Source of the DNA: Gemmatimonadales bacterium
GTDB taxonomy: Bacteria > Gemmatimonadota > Gemmatimonadetes > Gemmatimonadales > GWC2-71-9
Length of the DNA: 64,000 nt
Assembly (NCBI GenBank): GCA_035491895.1
Contig: DATJJY010000094.1
Span: 33,025 to 97,024 of the forward strand
Direction of reading: 5' to 3'
Program-made: the position numbers and the translations under genes
The notes under the pieces: generated by a model
What the model was told of the DNA's origin: nothing
Seen by the model: the letters and a program-made list of their open reading frames with translations, nothing else
Databases searched by the model: none
Shown: in pieces, positions 58,076 to 64,000 of the stretch
How the letters are laid out: each line of letters starts with the position of its first letter
Numbering within the stretch: the stretch's first letter is position 1

Positions 58076-59215
58076 GTGAAGCTCCAGCTGCTCGGCGCGA
58101 GTCTGCTGCTGCTGTGCACGCAGGCTGAGTCGGCACAGACCACGATCCCCCTGACGCCGGAGCGGTGGACCGCGACGGACTCGTTGCGGTTTACTACCTA
58201 CCTCGGACGACCCAGCCTCTATATCAACCGCGGCGTTGCCTTGGCGACCGGCGTGGAATTCCGTGACGGCACGCTGGAATACGACATGGCGACGCCGCGG
58301 GGCGGCAACTTCATGGGGGCCGTCTTCCACGCGACGTCGGCCGAGAACTCGGAAGTCGTGTTCTTCCGGCCGGGGCAAAGCGGTACGATGGAGTCGGTGC
58401 AGTACGCGCCGGCGCTGAACGGCGTCGCGGCCGCGTGGCAGATCTATCACGGCGACGACGCGAACGCCGCGGTAGCCCTCGCGTTCGACGCCTGGTTGCA
58501 CGTCCGCATCGACGTCGCCGGCGTTACCGCTCGGCTCTATCTGGACAACGACACGACAGCAGTGCTGACAGTGCCGCGGCTGGCAGGCGTCAGCGGCTCG
58601 TCCGTCGGTGTGTGGACGGGATTCTACGGTCGCGGTGCGTACTTCTCGAACATCCGCTTCACGCCCCGTGCCCCCGTTCCGTCGGCGCCGGCGCCTCCGC
58701 TCCCTCAGGGTACGATCACGGACTGGGATCTGTCGCAAGTGCTCGACGCCGCGCAGCTCACGCCCGGCGCGCTCCCCGATCTCGCCAAGATCCAATGGGA
58801 CAAGGTTCATCCCGAGGCCCAGGGGTTCGTGCTGGTCAATCGGTACCGGCGCACCCCCAATGCGGGGATTCCCATCGAGGCGGCGACGGGTGCGCCTATG
58901 GTCGACAGCATCATGGGCGACCGGGTGGCGGGCTCGAAAGTGGTACTCGCGCGGGCTACGATCCAATCGGATCGCGCCGGGCTGCGCCGCATGCTGTTCG
59001 GCTACAGCGACGGCGTCGTGGTCTACTGCAATGGCCAGCCGCTGTTCTTCGGGATGAATGCTTCCCGCCTGCGGTCGAGCGATCTGGGACAGTCCGCGAT
59101 GGACCGGGTGGGCAACGCGCTCTACCTGCCGCTGAATCAGGGTAAGAACGAGCTGGTCTTCGCGGTCACGGAGTTCACGGGTGGCTGGGCGTTCTGGGCT
59201 CGACTCGATCCCTGA
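58076..59215 (+). CDS. Exported hypothetical protein (possibly concanavalin/LamG-like N-terminal domain)
   Basis: Signal peptide MKLQLLGASLLLLCTQAESAQ. Coding-like composition. The domain guess is weak. Confidence 0.75.
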   Translation: MKLQLLGASLLLLCTQAESAQTTIPLTPERWTATDSLRFTTYLGRPSLYINRGVALATGVEFRDGTLEYDMATPRGGNFMGAVFHATSAENSEVVFFRPGQSGTMESVQYAPALNGVAAAWQIYHGDDANAAVALAFDAWLHVRIDVAGVTARLYLDNDTTAVLTVPRLAGVSGSSVGVWTGFYGRGAYFSNIRFTPRAPVPSAPAPPLPQGTITDWDLSQVLDAAQLTPGALPDLAKIQWDKVHPEAQGFVLVNRYRRTPNAGIPIEAATGAPMVDSIMGDRVAGSKVVLARATIQSDRAGLRRMLFGYSDGVVVYCNGQPLFFGMNASRLRSSDLGQSAMDRVGNALYLPLNQGKNELVFAVTEFTGGWAFWARLDP

Positions 59216-59236
59216 GCCGTAGCCGTCCGGCCGAGC

Positions 59237-60061
59237 TTAGAACTCGAACTCGAGGCGCGAAGCGAAGACCAGTCGATTCCCCGCGGTAGTCGTACCCGCG
59301 CCTACGCTCAGGCCGAGCCATACCTCGCCCAGTCGGAGATCGACGCCGGGGAAGAGCTGGTGGACCCGGGTCGATGGCGCGAGTGGCGTCGCGGCTTCTC
59401 CCCAGGCGCCGTGGTACTCGAGCTTGGCTATGGTGCGGGAAGACACGCGGTAGGCCACGATGGCGCTGGGCTCGAACTCCCACCCTTCCTCGGTACCGCC
59501 CGCTTCACCCGCACCGAAGTCACGCTCGAAATTGGCGTTCACCCCCAGGCGCAGAGCACCGAACCGCTTTTCGAGAATCGGCGTCAGCTCGACGGTAGGC
59601 GACGCGCCGCCGTACGCGGGCCGTGGCGCTTCGAGCTCGGCTGAGAAGCCGAGGTCGAGCGGCAGGTTCCAGCGCGCCGGGGCGTGCAGGCGCGAGCGCA
59701 GCCGCCACCCCGCGTATTCGGCGCCGACACCGGGCCGGTAGGCGGTGAGCAGGTATGCCGAGGCCTCCCAGTCGGCACCGATCCCGTGCGTCAACTCGAA
59801 CGTGAGATGCGTCTGGTGCTGGCTCGGTGCCACCGTGCCGTTGAACGCGGTGGTGCCACGTGCCGTGTAGTTGAGATGCGTTTCGAGCTCCCACTCGCCG
59901 CGAGCGGCGGTTGCAGCGGGGTAGACGACGATTTCGAAGGGATCCTGCGACGCTAGGCGCCCCGCGACGAGGAATAGTGCGACGCCGGCCGGAACGAACT
60001 GTCGAATGCGCAGACTTCCCGTCCTTCTGGTGTTGACGACAAGGGAGCGAAGAAGGGGCAA
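59237..60061 (-). CDS. Probable outer-membrane beta-barrel protein
   Basis: Signal-like N-terminus, alternating beta-strand pattern and a C-terminal ...RLEFEF* aromatic terminus. The TTG start is uncertain. Confidence 0.7.
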   Translation of the reverse strand: MPLLRSLVVNTRRTGSLRIRQFVPAGVALFLVAGRLASQDPFEIVVYPAATAARGEWELETHLNYTARGTTAFNGTVAPSQHQTHLTFELTHGIGADWEASAYLLTAYRPGVGAEYAGWRLRSRLHAPARWNLPLDLGFSAELEAPRPAYGGASPTVELTPILEKRFGALRLGVNANFERDFGAGEAGGTEEGWEFEPSAIVAYRVSSRTIAKLEYHGAWGEAATPLAPSTRVHQLFPGVDLRLGEVWLGLSVGAGTTTAGNRLVFASRLEFEF

Positions 60062-60094
60062 TCAAACCGTGGAAGACAGCTCCGTCAAGACTAC

Positions 60095-60111
60095 TTGAGA
60101 AACATTCTCAA
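60095..60111. promoter_or_regulatory. Palindrome TTGAGAA-aca-TTCTCAA in a divergent promoter region
   Basis: 7-3-7 perfect inverted repeat in an AT-rich stretch, between the OMP and beta-lactamase-family genes. Confidence 0.35.
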
Positions 60112-60198
60112 TGGTACCGTGGCGCTTTGGGCCAGGGGCTTGTCGATTTGCGGTGGCTCCGATCGTCGTTTCTCAGACTGCATTCCGGAGGGGTGACC

Positions 60199-61470
60199 AT
60201 GAAACGGCGTGAGTTCGTGCGGGTGTCTGGCGCCGCGCTCGCGGCAGGTGTCTGGGGAGGGAGCGGCTGTATGAAATCGCGCCGACTGCAGTCGGACATC
60301 GCTCGACTCCGTGACGCGATGGCCCCGCGAGTGGCGCAGCACCAGTTCCCCGGCGCGGTCTGGCTGGTGGCGCAGGGCGACGACGTCGCGGTCGACACGA
60401 TCGGCGTGACGGCGATCGACGGAACGACACCGATGCGCCGCGACACGATCTTTCGCATCGCCTCCATGACGAAGGCGGTTACGGCGACGGCGGTGTTGAT
60501 GCTCGTCGAAGCGGGCAAGCTCTCCCTCGATACGCCGGCGGAGCGCTGGCTCCCCGAGCTCGCGAACCGCCGGGTGCTGCGCCGTCTCAATGGCCCGGTC
60601 GACGACACGGTGCCGGCGATCCGGGCCATCACCGTGAAGGATCTGCTCGCGTTTACGCTCGGCTTCGGGCTGCTCTTCGACCCGACGCTGCCGATCCAGC
60701 AAGCCATCGACGGGCTGCAGCTCGTCAACGCGGCACCGGTGCCGATGACGCCGCACGCGCCGGACGAATGGATGCGGCGCTTCGGTTCGCTGCCGCTCAT
60801 GCATCAGCCGGGCAAGCAGTGGATGTACAACACGGGGAGCCTGCTGCAGGGCGTGCTCGTGCGGCGCGCCGCCGGACAACCGCTCGAATCGTTTGTGCGT
60901 GAGCGGATCACCGAGCCCCTCGGCATGCGCGACACGGCCTTCTTCGTGCCCCCGGAAAAGCTCGATCGCTACGCCGGATGCGGCGTGTACACCGATCCGC
61001 AGAGCCGGACGCAGTCGCGCATGGACAAGGACGGCGCCGCCAGCGCCTACGCGACGCCGCCGGTGTTTCCTTCGGGGGCGGCGGGGCTCGTGTCGACGGT
61101 GGACGACTACTTCACGTTTGCGCGCATGCTGCTGCGGGGCGGCGTGCACGCGGGCAAACGGTTCTTGAGCGAGCAAGCGGTCCGCGACATGACGACCGAT
61201 CGGCTCACACCGTCACAGAAGAACCCCGCGTCCTTCTTCCCGGGGTTCTTCGATACGCGCGGCTGGGGCTACGGCGTGAGCGTCATTACGGCGGCCGACC
61301 CGGTCTCCCCGGTGCCCGGCCGCTACGGATGGGACGGGGGCTTTGGGACGTCGTGGATCAACGACCCGGCGCGCGATCTCGTCGCCATCGTCATGACCCA
61401 GTCGACCGACTTCCTGTTCAACGGGGGGCTGACGGAGTTCTGGCGCGGCGTGTACGGGCTCGTCTCCTAA
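60199..61470 (+). CDS. Serine hydrolase, beta-lactamase/transpeptidase-like family, Tat-type signal
   Basis: MKRREFVRVSGAALAAG (twin-arginine motif). SxxK motif in FRIASMTKAVTA. Confidence 0.9.
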   Translation: MKRREFVRVSGAALAAGVWGGSGCMKSRRLQSDIARLRDAMAPRVAQHQFPGAVWLVAQGDDVAVDTIGVTAIDGTTPMRRDTIFRIASMTKAVTATAVLMLVEAGKLSLDTPAERWLPELANRRVLRRLNGPVDDTVPAIRAITVKDLLAFTLGFGLLFDPTLPIQQAIDGLQLVNAAPVPMTPHAPDEWMRRFGSLPLMHQPGKQWMYNTGSLLQGVLVRRAAGQPLESFVRERITEPLGMRDTAFFVPPEKLDRYAGCGVYTDPQSRTQSRMDKDGAASAYATPPVFPSGAAGLVSTVDDYFTFARMLLRGGVHAGKRFLSEQAVRDMTTDRLTPSQKNPASFFPGFFDTRGWGYGVSVITAADPVSPVPGRYGWDGGFGTSWINDPARDLVAIVMTQSTDFLFNGGLTEFWRGVYGLVS

Positions 61471-62108
61471 CCGAATCGCTCGAAGCGGTACGCCAGCTCC
61501 GGACCGCCGTCACCCTCGTACGCGAGTTGCCCGATCAGCAGGGTGAACGGCTCGAGGTATCGCGCAATCCGTAGCGGCCCCGCGTCCACGGGATCGAAAC
61601 CGACATCGCGGATCAGGCCCGCGGCCAGCTTTTTCGCCCCGGGGTCGTCGCCGCAGTACGCCAGGCTCGGTCGGTTGGCTTTGCGCTTCGCCGCGAACAC
61701 GCCGAACAACACCTCGCTGGGCACGGTGCCGAAGGCGGAGACGATACGGGCCCGGCGGACCTTCTTGGCGAGCTCCTCGGCGCCCGAGGAGGTATGGGCG
61801 ATCACGAGCCCAGTGTCGTCGGCATTCATCGGGATCGAGCAGGTGAGGATGACCTTCCCGGACACGTCGCCCGCCTGTTTCAGGACGTCATCGACGCGGG
61901 ACCAGTGCACTGCCAGCAACAACGCGTCCGCGTCGCGCGCGGCCTCAGCCGGTGTGCCGGCCCGCGCGTTCCCCTTCGCCTCACGGGCAAGTCGCTTCAG
62001 CTTCTGCTCGCTGCGCGCGTAGCTGAAGACCACATCGTGTCCGGCGCGCGCGAAGAGCGTTCCCAGCTTCCCGCCCATCAGCCCTGAACCCAGAATGCCG
62101 ACGCGCAT
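61467..62108 (-). CDS. NADP-dependent oxidoreductase, F420-dependent NADP reductase-like
   Basis: Rossmann motif MRVGILGSGLMGGKLGTLFARAGHDVV. Length and pattern are as in the NpdG/F420 oxidoreductase family. Confidence 0.82.
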   Translation of the reverse strand: MRVGILGSGLMGGKLGTLFARAGHDVVFSYARSEQKLKRLAREAKGNARAGTPAEAARDADALLLAVHWSRVDDVLKQAGDVSGKVILTCSIPMNADDTGLVIAHTSSGAEELAKKVRRARIVSAFGTVPSEVLFGVFAAKRKANRPSLAYCGDDPGAKKLAAGLIRDVGFDPVDAGPLRIARYLEPFTLLIGQLAYEGDGGPELAYRFERFG

Positions 62109-62110
62109 GG

Positions 62111-63112
<1,002 letters not shown>

Positions 63113-63226
63113 TTACTGCTGGTCGCTGACTTGTTCCATCCAGTCTACGGCTTTGCCATCGAGCCGTTCCTGAATGGCGATGTGCGTCATCGCGGTGGTG
63201 GGCGTAGCGCCGTGCCAGTGGCAATC
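63113..63226 (-). pseudogene. C-terminal remnant of a cupin-domain gene
   Basis: The minus frame reads ...[37 protein letters not shown]. This matches the conserved C-terminus (..[33 protein letters not shown]) of a cupin family I recall. There is no N-terminal part and an in-frame TAG lies just upstream. Confidence 0.6.
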
Positions 63227-63253
63227 GTAACGGTGCAGGGATCGCCGCAATAG

Positions 63254-63383
63254 GTGGAGTGGCTACTGGTGCGCGTGCTCGAGGATTGGTGTCCGCCGTT
63301 CCCCGGCTACTTCCTCTACTACCCTCGTCAACGGACAGCTCCCAGCGGCCCTCGGGGCGCTCATCGAAACCCTGCGCCTGTAG
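63254..63383 (+). pseudogene. C-terminal remnant of a LysR-family regulator gene, with frameshift
   Basis: Reads [23 protein letters not shown], then after a +1 shift near 63335, QLPAALGALIETLRL*. This is the typical LysR C-terminus. Stops (taa tag) lie immediately upstream, so about 260 codons are missing. Confidence 0.6.
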
Positions 63384-63516
63384 CTGGTTCGATAGGAATC
63401 CCCGCCTCTCACAGGGGGTGCGAATGACGGGGTTAGGCTTAGCTTCTCCGTTCGGTCGGCGTCGCTCGTCGGTGAATGTGCAGCAGGCGGCGCACCACTT
63501 GCTCGATTGGGATTTC

Positions 63517-64000
63517 ATGGACCAGGGCCGCCGCAGTCTCACCCATCAGACGATCGCCGGATTACTCTGGACAGCAGGCGGCAAGGGCGCTTACGGCGTT
63601 CTGCAGCTCGTGGTCCTTGCCATCCTGGCTCGACTATTGACTCCGGCTGATTTCGGCACCGTCAGCGCCGCCCTGATCGTCATCGGGCTATCCGGAATCG
63701 TTTCGCAGCTCGGTATGGGGCCGGCTCTCGTGCAGCGGTCCGAACTCGAGCGCCGGCACATCGATACCGCGTTCTCCGCGTCGGTGACACTGGATACACT
63801 CCTCGGCGCTGCGATCTGGCTAGGGTCCCCCTTTGTGTCGAGATTCTTCCGCAGCGGGGATGTGGAACCGGTGCTCCGCGCCCTTGCCTGGGTGTTTCCG
63901 CTCCAAGGCCTGGCCACGGTAGCCGAATCACTCATGAAGCGTGAATTGCGCTTCCGATCGCTCGCCAACCTTGATGTCATCTCGTATGGGGCAGGCTACG
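63517..64000 (+). CDS. Polysaccharide biosynthesis/flippase (Wzx/MOP-superfamily) protein, 3' end outside window
   Basis: Not in the ORF track because no stop is reached. Hand translation: MDQGRRSLTHQTIAGLLWTAGGKGAYGVLQLVVLAILARLLTPADFGTVSAALIVIGLSGIVSQLGMGPALVQR... In-frame GTGs at 63472 and 63478 are alternative starts. Confidence 0.75.
   Translation, partial: MDQGRRSLTHQTIAGLLWTAGGKGAYGVLQLVVLAILARLLTPADFGTVSAALIVIGLSGIVSQLGMGPALVQRSELERRHIDTAFSASVTLDTLLGAAIWLGSPFVSRFFRSGDVEPVLRALAWVFPLQGLATVAESLMKRELRFRSLANLDVISYGAGY

Overview
High-GC bacterial chromosomal segment, densely coding: about 60 protein genes, one tRNA-Leu(GAG), and no rRNA, CRISPR array, transposase, integrase or phage gene that I can recognise. 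Several features suggest a Gemmatimonadota/Acidobacteriota-like organism, by inference only. These are a PadR regulator with an orphan duplicated FtsX-type 'ADOP' permease, a Ser/Thr kinase fused to TolB-like propeller repeats, and many exported PD40/TPR/propeller proteins. Most genes are ordinary: sensor kinases, two ECF sigma modules, ABC/MATE/EamA exporters, peptidases, hydrolases, oxidoreductases, and a LigC-like ligase with a stand-alone primase-polymerase. I did not find a proven new system. The points most worth a second look were all read directly from the sequence. (1) An arsR-arsM cassette is bracketed by two direct copies of a ~100-bp hairpin element that begins 3 nt after the tRNA. 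(2) A ~120-bp palindrome nearby is built from 10-bp GGTAGG repeats. (3) A dispersed family of multi-hairpin intergenic elements (3 copies) shows compensatory stem changes. (4) Back-to-back GGAATAA-N16-GTCTC promoter-like boxes tie an ECF sigma to a secreted cupredoxin-fusion protein. (5) A ~165-bp inverted cis-element is shared by a YCII-YCII-sigma operon and a divergent Asp-box propeller plus GG-terminated ubiquitin-like pair. (6) A translationally coupled gene chain ends in a DNA ligase. (7) A kinase operon carries tandem paralogs with a CPDGSPPPCG motif. (8) There are several gene remnants and deletion scars. Start codons were refined by hand from the ORF track. Many long ORFs in the track are antisense shadows caused by the high GC content.
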